A DNA stretch of 57,849 nucleotides. Origin: a virus. Its lineage: Duplodnaviria > Caudoviricetes. Made by a program: the position numbers and the translations under genes. Below are positions 27,514 to 38,400 of this stretch, in pieces. Each line of letters starts with the position of its first letter. Positions within the stretch are counted from its first letter, which is position 1. The stretch lies in the IMG/VR virus record IMGVR_UViG_3300004776_000002, positions 1 through 57,849 of that record. One strand, 5' to 3'. Under the pieces are notes generated by a model. It searched no databases, was not told where the DNA came from, and worked only from the letters and a program-made list of their open reading frames with translations.

Positions 27514-27909
27514 GTGAAGAAGCGCAGTTCAACGAAACTGGACGAGTTGCGTGAAGTTTTGGAACGTGGCGGAGTCCATAAGACGAGTGAGTTAGCAAAC
27601 GAGTTAGACGTATCAAATTTAAAAGTGAATGCACTAGTGCATGATTACAGAGCGAAGTTTCTCAATGGTGAGAACCTGCCGTACATATACTCCGCGATGG
27701 GTGGTGGATATACTATGGACGACTCTGGTGAACATGTAGCATGGGAAAGCAAGAAACGTATCAGTATGGGCTATAGCGTTATTGCTAACGGGGTGTTCGT
27801 GTTCAAAAGATGTAGGAAGATAGCAGCTAAAGAGTTTGCTGCTCTTAACATCGCTTATAGACCACAAATGCTCACTGTCAAACAGTTGTTAGCTAAAGAT
27901 GTCGAATAA
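27514..27909 (+). CDS. Putative winged-HTH DNA-binding protein
   Basis: TSELANELDVSNLKV...GGGY. Confidence 0.5.
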   Translation: MKKRSSTKLDELREVLERGGVHKTSELANELDVSNLKVNALVHDYRAKFLNGENLPYIYSAMGGGYTMDDSGEHVAWESKKRISMGYSVIANGVFVFKRCRKIAAKEFAALNIAYRPQMLTVKQLLAKDVE

Positions 27910-28035
27910 GAGATGTCGAAGAAGAATAAACATAATCATTTCTATTGTGATGTCCAATGATTGTCTGTTCTTGCGGTAAGAAAAAGAAAATACCGATGTT
28001 AAATCCGAGAGTTATTAATCAAAGGAGATGTCGAG

Positions 28036-28425
28036 ATGGCAAGACATAATTATTCGAAATGCGAACTCAATTTTCTGAACAAGGCAGTAGAACAAAACTT
28101 GACTACTCATGATGTAGCAGATGAATTTAGAAAAAGATTCGAGTGTACCGATGTTTCTAATGGTGCAATTGGCCTAGCGTTGCGTAGATGCCGAAAGAAA
28201 CTCGGTAAGACTGAGAGTGTCGTTCCAATAATCAAACGAGGCAAGAATCCCCTCAAGATATTACAACGAAGCAATTATCTTGTTCTTGTTTTTGATAGAG
28301 TTCAAGGGTTCGATACCGAAGAGGAAGTATCTGAATTCTTGAAGAAATCTCAGATATTAGGTGGAGTGAAGTTGTTTAAAGCGGTACCTATCGAAATCAA
28401 GTATGATATCTCGATAGGCAGATAA
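28036..28425 (+). CDS. Hypothetical protein
   Basis: Motif-led start, basic N-terminal helical region. Confidence 0.5.
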   Translation: MARHNYSKCELNFLNKAVEQNLTTHDVADEFRKRFECTDVSNGAIGLALRRCRKKLGKTESVVPIIKRGKNPLKILQRSNYLVLVFDRVQGFDTEEEVSEFLKKSQILGGVKLFKAVPIEIKYDISIGR

Positions 28426-28439
28426 GAAAGGAGTAACAA

Positions 28440-29453
28440 GTGAGTGAACAGAAGCATTACGTGGTTTCCATGGGAGCAGAAGTTATGTTTGGCCCTGAGA
28501 CGGACTATGCCAAAGTAAAGGCATTTATGGATAGTCTGGCGCCTGCAATTAAGGGTAAGTGTACGGTGAAAGTAATCACCAAAAAGATAGCGGAACCGGC
28601 ACCAGCTGCAGTTGTCGAAGAAGAGTCAGTTGCACCTGTTCAAGCGAATGTTAAATCGAAGGCTACCGCTAAGTCAGCGGCAGACGTTGATGACGTATTC
28701 GGTTCGTATCTTGAGGGTGGCGGTCAGTCTGATTTCTGGAAACCCAAAGATGGCAGGAACTTAATTCGTATTCTGCCTATTGGTGGAGTTCTTCCGTCTG
28801 ATTGGGAGACACCGTATCCGTTCATCATGTCTGGAGTGCATTACAATGTTGGTTTGTCAATGAAAGAGATAGTATACTGTCCGAGAATTACGCATAACAA
28901 GGCATGTCCTATCTGTCAATTCGTCTGGAAGTTGTGGAATACTAAGGACGAGAACGACATCGCGATTGCACGACGTATCAAGGGTGCAAACAGAGTTATC
29001 GCGAACATCATTGACTTGTCAGACGTTGACAAGGGAGTGCAGAAGTATGCATTTGGTAAGACTCTTGCACGCAAGATACAGTCTTATATGAAAGATGATG
29101 AGTTCAGACCGTTGTTGGATGCAGATAAAGGTCACAACTTCGTTGTTATTAAGAAGACTGTTGACAATTATCCCAACTATGACGATTCTCGCCCTGAGGT
29201 CAAGGTAACTTCTCTAGCTCAGATTTATCCGAATTGGAAGAAGGATGCATTTGATTTGAAGAAGGAAATCTCCGAGAAGTCGTGGGACGAGATGATGATT
29301 GTTCTGAACGACACCAAGAAGGCTATTTTAGCAACTGATGCTAATGATTTAGGTATCGGTTCGCAACGCGGTGCGAAAAAGCCTAGTGCTGCCGAAGAAG
29401 TCATCGAAGAAGTTAATGTTGATGAAATTGGAGACAGAATAGACGGTATATAA
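28440..29453 (+). CDS. gp32-like single-stranded DNA-binding protein
   Basis: FWKP..G...IRILP, H...CP.....CPIC zinc site, PNYDDS, acidic tail. Confidence 0.8.
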   Translation: MSEQKHYVVSMGAEVMFGPETDYAKVKAFMDSLAPAIKGKCTVKVITKKIAEPAPAAVVEEESVAPVQANVKSKATAKSAADVDDVFGSYLEGGGQSDFWKPKDGRNLIRILPIGGVLPSDWETPYPFIMSGVHYNVGLSMKEIVYCPRITHNKACPICQFVWKLWNTKDENDIAIARRIKGANRVIANIIDLSDVDKGVQKYAFGKTLARKIQSYMKDDEFRPLLDADKGHNFVVIKKTVDNYPNYDDSRPEVKVTSLAQIYPNWKKDAFDLKKEISEKSWDEMMIVLNDTKKAILATDANDLGIGSQRGAKKPSAAEEVIEEVNVDEIGDRIDGI

Positions 29454-29462
29454 ATTGAATAA

Positions 29463-29711
29463 TGAGCTGTGGCGTGATGAACACGTTGCTAATCCGTTCT
29501 TGCCAATATCGAAGCGCACTTCTGAAGGGAGTTGCCTAGACAATTAGCTATTGCCCTCCAAGAACGCTACGACGAAAGTTATGGGCGTATTCAGAAGTTC
29601 GAGAATTGGAAGCTACAGGAAACGGTCAAAGTCAAACAATAAGGATATGCGGAAGCCGAGTGCCATATTGGGCATAAATACGCATAGCAGGTAGAAATCC
29701 TGCCAGCTCTT
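29463..29711 (+). ncRNA. About 250-nt structured RNA with tRNA-like acceptor, D and T arms
   Basis: GAGCTG/CAGCTC, CGTG-ATGAA-CACG, GCAGG-TAGAAAT-CCTGC, and nested internal helices. Confidence 0.6.
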
Positions 29712-29722
29712 AACTAATACAG

Positions 29723-30583
29723 ATGGAGAATTTAAAAGTAAAATACAATTCGACCAGAACTAAATTATATGCATGTTGTCCTTTTTGCATATCTGCTGGC
29801 AAGAAACCTGACACGAAATATCATCTTTTTATTACCCCTGGTCGCGCTGCCTTTTGTTTCCGGTGCGGCTACAAAACGTCTTATTTCAAACTTACGCAGA
29901 TTTATCGAATTGATACTTCTGCATATAGAGGCGATGATTCAGTCAAGTCACAATCTGACTTTGATGTTGATGTTGCAAAGAATGTGATGGAATTCAACGA
30001 CTCTATGTATTCTCAGGGAGCTGTGAATTATCTGCACAAACGAAAAGTTGATGACAATGTCATCAAGTACATGCACGTCAAGTTGGGTAAGGAACGACTG
30101 TTTGGTCGAGTAGTATTTACTGACGATATCAATAAATACTATGTCGCTCGGGCATTTCTTCCAGGGGTTGAGCCAAAAACGTTGAACCCAAAATCTACTA
30201 ACAGATCGTTGATGTGTTTTACGCGTGCTATTCATAGAACATTGTGGTTGGTAGAGGGAGTGTTCGACGCAGTCCCATTCATAAAGACTGGTAGAGACGT
30301 TGCAGTAATATTAGGAAAGAATCTAAGTCAGTTTCAATTGAAACAGTTACAGTTAAGTGCGATTAACAACGTAATAATCGCTTTAGATACCGATGCTTAC
30401 GCCACAGCTCAGATATTGTCTGGTATACTGGCCGGTGCGCTCCCGTTTGTTAATATTGGTATAATGACTTATGAATCTGGCTCTGGCAAAGATCCATCTG
30501 ATTATGATATCGAATTGTTTAATAATACATCGGTCTACTGGACGCGGATCGTAGACCGTTCCTTAATGGAGATAATCATATGA
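29723..30583 (+). CDS. DNA primase (Zn finger + TOPRIM)
   Basis: CPFC...H...CFRC, VEGVFD, ALDTD, KDP motifs. Confidence 0.85.
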   Translation: MENLKVKYNSTRTKLYACCPFCISAGKKPDTKYHLFITPGRAAFCFRCGYKTSYFKLTQIYRIDTSAYRGDDSVKSQSDFDVDVAKNVMEFNDSMYSQGAVNYLHKRKVDDNVIKYMHVKLGKERLFGRVVFTDDINKYYVARAFLPGVEPKTLNPKSTNRSLMCFTRAIHRTLWLVEGVFDAVPFIKTGRDVAVILGKNLSQFQLKQLQLSAINNVIIALDTDAYATAQILSGILAGALPFVNIGIMTYESGSGKDPSDYDIELFNNTSVYWTRIVDRSLMEIII

Positions 30584-30813
30584 GTATTAGAGAAAGAGTA
30601 ATAAAGGTTATAAGAGATACTATTAATTCAAGTAAAGAGATTGATGATACCGACAATCTGGTTGATGATTTGGGATACGACGAGTTGGATAATGTCGAGA
30701 TGGTTATGGCGTTGGAGTCAGAGTTTAGTATTGAGATTCCTGATGAGGACGCTGAAGAGTTTCTAAATGTTAGCGATGTTGTCAGATACATTGAGGACAA
30801 AGTAGAGGAGTAG
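30580..30813 (+). CDS. Acyl carrier protein homolog lacking the phosphopantetheinylated Ser
   Basis: DDLGYDELDNVEMVMALESEFSIEIPDEDAE versus canonical DLGADSLD.VELVMALEEEF..EIPDEEAE. Confidence 0.85.
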   Translation: MSIRERVIKVIRDTINSSKEIDDTDNLVDDLGYDELDNVEMVMALESEFSIEIPDEDAEEFLNVSDVVRYIEDKVEE

Positions 30814-31190
30814 AAATCCTGCAATGAAGACTTCCAAACAATTCAAAGTAGTATATTCACCAGACGTCATGATTAACAAATTAATGCGCAGTGTGGATAT
30901 GATGCAGAAAGGAGAAGGAATCTGCACAGATAAAATTTTTACTATTGTCTGGAAGGACGGCGAAGTCGTTGATCAACAACGCATGGAAGCCACCAAACTT
31001 AATCTGCGTAAGGCTATCGAGTTGGCGGGTGGTGAAGTTTTTAGTGTAGAGGAGTTGATATGAAGCTTAAAAGAAAGAAGTTAGTGTTTAAGGTAGAGTT
31101 CGTAGATAATAAGGAGGTTGAAGAGTTGATACGCAAGATTGTTGGATGTCTCAATACCTCTGAGAGCAAAGTAACGATTAAAGAATCGAA

Positions 31191-33248
31191 ATGAAACCAG
31201 AGTTGAAGGACTATCAAGTAAGAGCGATTAAGTTCGCGTTAGACGTCCCAAAGACGGCTCTATTTCTTCCGACGGGGTGCCTTAGTGGTAGCACTTTAAT
31301 ACCTATAAATCGTGGAAAGAGAGGCTTCAAGATTAGATTAGATAGATTGTATAATCAATACTATAAAAGAGATAAACTTGGGGATATAAGGTTTGATTTG
31401 TCTATTTCTACTTATGTTAGATCTTTTAGTAAAGATGTTATTAGATTAAATAAAATGATTGATGTGAAGTATAGTGGTAAAAAATTAATATATTTGCTTT
31501 CTTTAGAGAATGAATGTTGTATTAAAGCTACTGATAATCATAAAATTATGACGCAAAATGGTTACAAAGAATTAATTCAATTAAACAGTAACGATTTCGT
31601 TATGTGTGACAATGCTTGTTACCAAAAATCTAATGTTAAGGCTCAAAAGCTTTTCACTACCGATATAAAAGGAACTCGATTTCATCCACATAAAAGACGC
31701 GTAAAAACTGACAAAAGACACAGCATCGATAGTTATAATTATTTTAATTATAGAATAACATTGCCCAGAGCAGTTTACGAGGCGCATATTAACAACTTGA
31801 CGTTAGATGAGTACAAATATATAATTAGACATGATGAGAAAAAAGCGCGTAAATTGAAATATCTCGATTCTAATATGCATATTCATCATGAAGACGGCAA
31901 TCATTATAACAATGTTTTTGAAAATTTAGCTGTTACTGATTTATTTAATCATGGCAAATTACATGGTGATGATTATTATAAGAATTTTGGTATGGGCTTG
32001 CCGAATTTTAGTAGAGTAAAATCGATAACTAAACTTGATTATGAGGACACATATGATATTTGTTGTCTTTCGCCAAACAACAACTTTGTTGCTAATAATA
32101 TTGTAGTTCATAACTCTGGTAAAACGTTGGTATCTCTTCTCTATATCAAGGTTCTCGACAAGTCAACAATAATTATTACTCCTGCGTCAGTCAGACACGT
32201 ATGGCTGGACGAGAACAAAAAGTTCGACATTGGTCTGCACATATCAACCGACTATCGAGAAGGCGGAAAGATTACGATTATCTCGTACGATACTATCAAG
32301 AATTCTCCAGAGATTATGAAGGACTATGAGATAATTGTACTTGATGAAGCTCATTGTATATCAGACTCCGAAACTGTACGTTATAAACAGTTGTCACCAA
32401 TAATCAAGAGTAAAGAACGCGTGTTACTGTTGGCTGGATATCCCGTCGAGAACAAGTTGAATGAGATTTATATGTTATCTCTGATTACCGACGTCTTAGG
32501 CAAGAACTATTATCATTTTCTTGGTAAGTTCTTCCACGTGATTCGCCACAATGGGCGTATTATTAAGACTGTACCAAAGGCGGGATCGTTTGAGAAGATA
32601 GTCGAGTTAATTCGACCGTTCGTGTTTATTGTTGACAAGTCTGAGGCAGTACCAAAAGAAATAAAGAAAGAAACAGTAGTTGTGCGATACGCGTTGTCTG
32701 ACTACCAGAAAAATATTATCAATGCTCTTTCCGAATTTGGTGAATTTAGTGACAAGAATATTCACGTCACCTGCAAGAATGCATTAGTGGCCTTTGGGAA
32801 AGTGATGCAAGTAATATCTGGTTTCATATATCACACTAATGACATGAGCGAGTTGTATCCAGTATATTTTGATACTAATCCGAAACTTGAGGCATTGCGT
32901 AAGGTAGTTAAAGATAGAGACAACTATTTATTGTGGCACGTGTTCGATGCAGAGTTCGATATAATTAAAGAATTTGATAGTAGATGTCGATTGTCTAAGT
33001 TGCAGACTGATTCGCGTGGGTTGAATCTTCAAGAGTACGATTTCGCAGTTTATTACTCTGTGCCACTATCTGGGGGAATGTATTACCAGAGTCAGGACCG
33101 ACTATATAGGTTGGGTCGAACGAAGAATGTCTTGTCGATAGTCTTAATACCTGAGGGTGACTTCGGAGATAGACTTCTACAAATGTTGGACAGAAAGTTC
33201 AAGTTGACTAAGAGTTTCATTAACGAGTTGTTGAGGACTAAAGCATGA
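31191..33248 (+). CDS. SNF2-like SF2 helicase with intein
   Basis: YQ, spliced PTG|SGKT Walker A, DEAH, GLNLQ, QS.DR.YR.G motifs. Confidence 0.85.
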   Translation: MKPELKDYQVRAIKFALDVPKTALFLPTGCLSGSTLIPINRGKRGFKIRLDRLYNQYYKRDKLGDIRFDLSISTYVRSFSKDVIRLNKMIDVKYSGKKLIYLLSLENECCIKATDNHKIMTQNGYKELIQLNSNDFVMCDNACYQKSNVKAQKLFTTDIKGTRFHPHKRRVKTDKRHSIDSYNYFNYRITLPRAVYEAHINNLTLDEYKYIIRHDEKKARKLKYLDSNMHIHHEDGNHYNNVFENLAVTDLFNHGKLHGDDYYKNFGMGLPNFSRVKSITKLDYEDTYDICCLSPNNNFVANNIVVHNSGKTLVSLLYIKVLDKSTIIITPASVRHVWLDENKKFDIGLHISTDYREGGKITIISYDTIKNSPEIMKDYEIIVLDEAHCISDSETVRYKQLSPIIKSKERVLLLAGYPVENKLNEIYMLSLITDVLGKNYYHFLGKFFHVIRHNGRIIKTVPKAGSFEKIVELIRPFVFIVDKSEAVPKEIKKETVVVRYALSDYQKNIINALSEFGEFSDKNIHVTCKNALVAFGKVMQVISGFIYHTNDMSELYPVYFDTNPKLEALRKVVKDRDNYLLWHVFDAEFDIIKEFDSRCRLSKLQTDSRGLNLQEYDFAVYYSVPLSGGMYYQSQDRLYRLGRTKNVLSIVLIPEGDFGDRLLQMLDRKFKLTKSFINELLRTKA
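31278..32114 (+). mobile_element. Intein with HNH-type endonuclease (279 aa)
   Basis: G|CLSGST ... TDNH ... HIHHEDGNHYNN..ENL ... NNFVANNIVVHN|S. Confidence 0.9.
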
Positions 33249-33694
33249 ATGTGTATGTAATAAATAGTCGCGAGGCACTAAAATACAAATTAGATTCTCC
33301 ACATATTTATATCTCAATATGTGATCCAGGAGATCAACATCCGAGACTGCCTAAGAATATTGCTCGAGTGGCTACGTTGCAGTTGAAGTTTCACGACGTG
33401 GATAACAGAGGAGTGTTCCATGGTAATGCTGCTGATCAACTTGTATTTATGTCAGAGAAACAGGCTAAATGCGTGGTCGAGTTCGTTCAGAAATATAGAA
33501 AGAAAGTTAACTCTATAATATGTCAGTGTAACGTTGGTATATGCAGAAGTCCCGGCATGGCAGCGGCATTGGCTAAATGTATAAACGGTGACGACAAGGC
33601 TTATTTTAACTGTTACGCTTACGTACCTAATATGTTGGTTTACAAAAGAGTAATCGATGCCTGGTGCAAAAATGAAGTTTACAGTCTGGTATGA
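33245..33694 (+). CDS. Predicted protein-tyrosine/dual-specificity phosphatase
   Basis: ISI.DP, F.D, CNVGICRS (Cx5R), PN..V motifs. Confidence 0.75.
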   Translation: MNVYVINSREALKYKLDSPHIYISICDPGDQHPRLPKNIARVATLQLKFHDVDNRGVFHGNAADQLVFMSEKQAKCVVEFVQKYRKKVNSIICQCNVGICRSPGMAAALAKCINGDDKAYFNCYAYVPNMLVYKRVIDAWCKNEVYSLV

Positions 33695-33813
33695 GAGTGT
33701 TAGATACGAAGTAGAATCAGAGATCGCTATCGAAAAGAATGACAAGAACGAAATAATTGCATTCATCGATAGAAACAAGGTATTGAGTTCCACAAAACTG
33801 AAAGAAGATAAGA

Positions 33814-35073
33814 ATGTACACAACTGACGCCTTCGAGTTAATGTTGTTGTCCACGATAGTTAAGGACACGACAGTTTTCAACAAAGTAGTGGGTATAGCC
33901 GATTATCAGTTGTTCTCTTCTTCGCTCTCCGCAGAAATCTACGATATAATCAAAGTCTTTAACAAAGAATATGCACGTGTTCCTTCCCAAGACGAAATTC
34001 TGCACATCTACAAGCGAGATCGTACTGTAACTGACGATACCACCGTAACGCACTTTCTGAACGTAATATTTAGTCGAAATGTCGATGTCAAGTTTGTCAC
34101 AGACGAGTTGACTAAGTACGTGAAACTCAAAAAACTCGAGAATCTTCACAAGACCGCATTCGAACAGTTAAAGTCTGGTCAAGACGTTGATGTATCGTCT
34201 ACCGTTGCTGATATGTTTAAGATTCAGATGGAGTCTATTCAAGATAAACATATCTACGGTGTCAATATTGATGAGTCTGAGTATATGTCTCAGAAGGATT
34301 CGCTTAGAAATTATATACCAACGAACATTCACTTTCTCAACGGGATACTTAACGGTGGTCTTGCAGGGGGACAATTAGGTGTAATATTAGCGCCGCCTAA
34401 CTACGGTAAGACGATGTCGTTGTTGAATTTTGCTATCTATGCGTGGTTGAAGAAGAACAACGTATTGTTCGTAACTCTCGAAATGCCAGAGTTCTCTATC
34501 GCGAAACGTATCAATATGTTGTTGTCCGGTGCGTTGGATATGTCTATTGGTATCGATACGATAAAGAAAATAAGCGCAAAAGTAGATAAGAAGTTCATGT
34601 TGTTGTACAGACCAGTCAAGTCAATTTCTGTTGATTATTTATATTCAGTATTTCATCAGGCTACAGCAGATGGTGTCAATTTCGATATAATATTCATAGA
34701 CTACGCGGACTTGTTGACTACAGCATCCAAACAGAAAGAGAAACGATTTGAGTTGGCTGAGATATTTGCGTCGTTGAAGTCGTTCTCTCAGGTGTTGAAT
34801 ATACCAGTTTGGTCGGCTACACAATCTAACAGAGAAGGTCTTAGAGCGGACGTTGTTGATATGTCTCATATGTCTGAGTCTATTGATAAAGCGTTCATTT
34901 CAGACGTTGTACTGTCTCTATCAGAGAAAGTAGAAGCAAATAAAGTATCGAAGTTGTTTCTAACGAAACACAGAGAGGGAGTGAGCGACAAATACATCGA
35001 TATTCAGGTTGACAAGAATATGTGGTTTAGTGATTCTGATCAAATAGGCGCAGTTGGGTTGGATCATGTATAA
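33814..35073 (+). CDS. dnaB: Replicative DnaB-like helicase
   Basis: APPNYGKT, TLEM, IFIDYAD, ATQSNR, K.R.G motifs. Confidence 0.9.
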   Translation: MYTTDAFELMLLSTIVKDTTVFNKVVGIADYQLFSSSLSAEIYDIIKVFNKEYARVPSQDEILHIYKRDRTVTDDTTVTHFLNVIFSRNVDVKFVTDELTKYVKLKKLENLHKTAFEQLKSGQDVDVSSTVADMFKIQMESIQDKHIYGVNIDESEYMSQKDSLRNYIPTNIHFLNGILNGGLAGGQLGVILAPPNYGKTMSLLNFAIYAWLKKNNVLFVTLEMPEFSIAKRINMLLSGALDMSIGIDTIKKISAKVDKKFMLLYRPVKSISVDYLYSVFHQATADGVNFDIIFIDYADLLTTASKQKEKRFELAEIFASLKSFSQVLNIPVWSATQSNREGLRADVVDMSHMSESIDKAFISDVVLSLSEKVEANKVSKLFLTKHREGVSDKYIDIQVDKNMWFSDSDQIGAVGLDHV

Positions 35074-35345
35074 GTGTATTGACTGTACGAACTTTAAGAC
35101 AAGAGTAATTACTCAAATGATGATTGACAAGCGTTTTCGCAAGGCTTCGCGTTCGATGTTGGATGAGTTGGGAATTAAACTTGGGTTTCCAATTAATGCT
35201 GTGATGTTGAGACGTTTAGATAAAGAATCAGAAATTGTTATTTATTATTGCATTAATGGTTTAATGAATAGAGAGGTTTACATTGCAACCAGTCACAATA
35301 ATCTGATTAAGTTGTCCCCTAAAGATGGTTATTGTAAGTGTTATC

Positions 35346-35392
35346 TATAATCTATGAAATATATTGACAAAACGAACGAGGCATGATATAAT
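35346..35392 (+). promoter_or_regulatory. Sigma70-type promoter with upstream TATAATCTAT box
   Basis: TTGACA 35364, 17-nt spacer, TATAAT 35387. Confidence 0.85.
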
Positions 35393-35418
35393 GTATAGTC
35401 AATTAGGGAGATGTCGAG

Positions 35419-38400
35419 ATGTCTGAATTAAAGTTAACTGACGGTGTCGGCTTAGCTGAATGTAATGAATGTCCGTTGAACAATTCATCGCAAGTCTTAT
35501 CTCATTTAGTCAATAAAGAAATAGTTGATATTTTGGTAATCGGTCAATGTTATTCGTCAGATACAGAAGTGTTGACTGATGTTGGATGGAAGTTGTTTAA
35601 AGATTTGAATAGAACAGAACGCATTGCTACTCTAAATCCACAAAATAATGTAATTTCATATCATCAACCAATTAAATATTTAGAGTTTAATTATGAAGGT
35701 AAGATGTACAACATTCGTAGTAATTACATCGATTTGTTAGTTACTCCTGATCATAATGTTCTTGTCAATAGACGCGCATTTCCGAGTCAAGAGATAAAAA
35801 GTAGAACTGAATTTGTGAAAGCAAGAGATTTTAACTTTCATACGCATCGAATATTGAGAAATGGTGTGTGGCTTGGTCAATCTGAATTGAAATTTACGTT
35901 GCCATCAATAGATATTGCTTATGCAGTATTTGGTAAAAATAAACGTATTGACGTTGTCAATGAAATCGATATCAATATTGATGATTGGTTAGCTTTTTTT
36001 GGGTTCTGGATTGCTGAGGGTTGGACATATAGGAGAAAACATAAAAATTATTCAAATTCATTTGCGTACTATGTTGGTGTAGGTCAGAATGACAATAAAA
36101 AATGCGATGAATTTGAAGTCTTACTTAAGCGACTTCCATTTAAATATAAGAAAAAAATTGACAGGGCTGGGTTTGTTAGATTTTTTATATATAATAAACA
36201 ATTGTATAGTTATCTTGAACAGTTTGGTAAATGTTATAACAAACATATACCAAATTGGATAAAGTTTCTGTCAACTGATAAATTAAAGATATTGTTTGAC
36301 TGGATGATGAAAGGCGACGGAAATGTTCATCGAGGATGTTTGTTTTACACAACCACAAGTAAACAGTTAGCTGATGATGTACAGGAAATTGCTTTAAAAT
36401 TAGGTTTATCTGCTATTGTGCGTTTACGTAAACGTGATTCTAAGTATATAAAAGATAATAAATGTTACGATTCGTCTAAATGGCGATCAGTTTATCAAAT
36501 ATCAATAATAAGAAAGGTTAGTCCGTCTTCATTTAAGAAAGCACCGGTGTTAATAGACTATTTTGATAAAGTTTATTGTGTTGAAGTTCCAAATCACGTA
36601 ATTTACGTTCGTAGAAATGGCAGAGCCTGTTGGTGTGGAAATTCACCTGGTTTAGACGAAGTGAAGCAGGGCAGACCGTTTATTGGGCGTTCTGGTAATC
36701 TAATCAATCCGGTGTTGAACAAGTATTCGTATGGCGTTGCTTACATCAATGTAATCAATTGTCGCCCGTTAGACGCAGACACGCAGAAAGACAGACAACC
36801 GCTTACAGCAGAAGTAAAGTGTTGCAGACCACGTTTCGATTCAGACTTCGATTACGTATTAGTCAATTATCATCCGAAGATAATTGTAGTACTTGGCGCC
36901 TTCGCGAAGAAAGAGATGCAACGATTGATGAAGACGAGAGAGTTCAAGATGCCGATTTACTTTACCGAACATCCTGCTTACATTCTCCGCAACGAACACC
37001 TGAAACCGCGATACATTACTGGATTGCATAATAATCTAAAATCTGTGTTTGGAAACGACGAATCAGAGATAGTTAATTCGTTTATATCATACACTGACGA
37101 CGTGCGTCTTCAATTCATGGAGGATGTTAACTCGTCAATACGCGTTGGTGTTGATATTGAAACTAACAGTCTTAATATGTTTGACCCGACGTTTGTTATT
37201 GGTACGGTAGCTGTCAGTTGCGATAAGTGTACATATTTCTTTGATGGTAGACAGAAAGATATTCGAGAGTATGACGCGTTGATAGACGTGTTGAAGAACG
37301 AGAGGGTGCAGAAAATATTTGCCGATATTATGTTCGACGTGGTGTCGTTTGAACAGTACGATATCAAGGTGAACAATTACACTGATTTGTTTCCGTTGGC
37401 GTACATTCACGACAACACGTTTCAGGAATATTCGTTGGCAGCAATAACTATGCGTTATCTACCTGAGTTGGCTGGCTATAAGGCGAAATTTCAGTCAACT
37501 GTATCTCCCGATAAATATCTCGAGGCTCCTACTTCAGAGTTGCGTATATATAATTCAATGGATGCATACGCCACCAAAACTCTATATAACTATATATACG
37601 AACGCATTGAGCCGAATTCCAAGAGGATATTCGAGAGAATAACGTTGAGAATGTTGCCAATGATTGTGATGATGAAAGTCGTTGGTATGAAGGTTGATAT
37701 AGACTTGTTGGAACAATACGAGAAATTGTTTCAAAATCGATTTGTAGAGTTGTCTAAGTTTTTCACTGATAAGTGGGGCATTACGAACATTAACTCTACT
37801 CTGCAGATTAAGAAATGGTTGTTTGAGACTCTTAAATTGAAACCAGTAAAGTTCAACGAGATTACAGCAACGCAGAGAGCTAAGGGAGCTACTAAGGGAA
37901 GTCCGTCTACTGATAAAGAGGTGCTTGAGATATATGCCGCAGAAGTACCTGAGACGAGAGCACTTTATGAGGCACGCAGAGTAGCTAACGTTCTTAACTA
38001 CTTTCTTGCGTCAATCAAAAATAACACTGATTTTAACGACATCATTCATCCGAATCTAAAACATTATGGCATCTCCAGTTATCGTCTGTCTTGTTCGTCT
38101 CCTAATCTTCAAGGCATACCGCGAGATGAGACTAAGATTGAGTTTCTCGATAAATATCCGTTGCGGCGTCTATTCAGAGCAAGATACTCTGATTCCAGTA
38201 TCTTAGAGTTTGACTTCTCTCAGCAGGAAGTTCGCATAGTTGCTGAGTTGGCTCGCGATGAGAAATTGTTGGATGCGTTTGCTAAGGGGAAAGACGTTCA
38301 CGCATTCGTTGGTTCTATTGTATTTGACAAACCGATTAATGAGATAACTAAACTCGAAAGGCAGATAGCTAAGGGTTGCGTGTTTGGTGCAATATTCGGC

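Noticed and set aside
29532-29642. 36-aa TTG-started ORF inside the candidate RNA
   Set aside because: The SD abuts the start with no spacing, and extensive pairing better explains the region.
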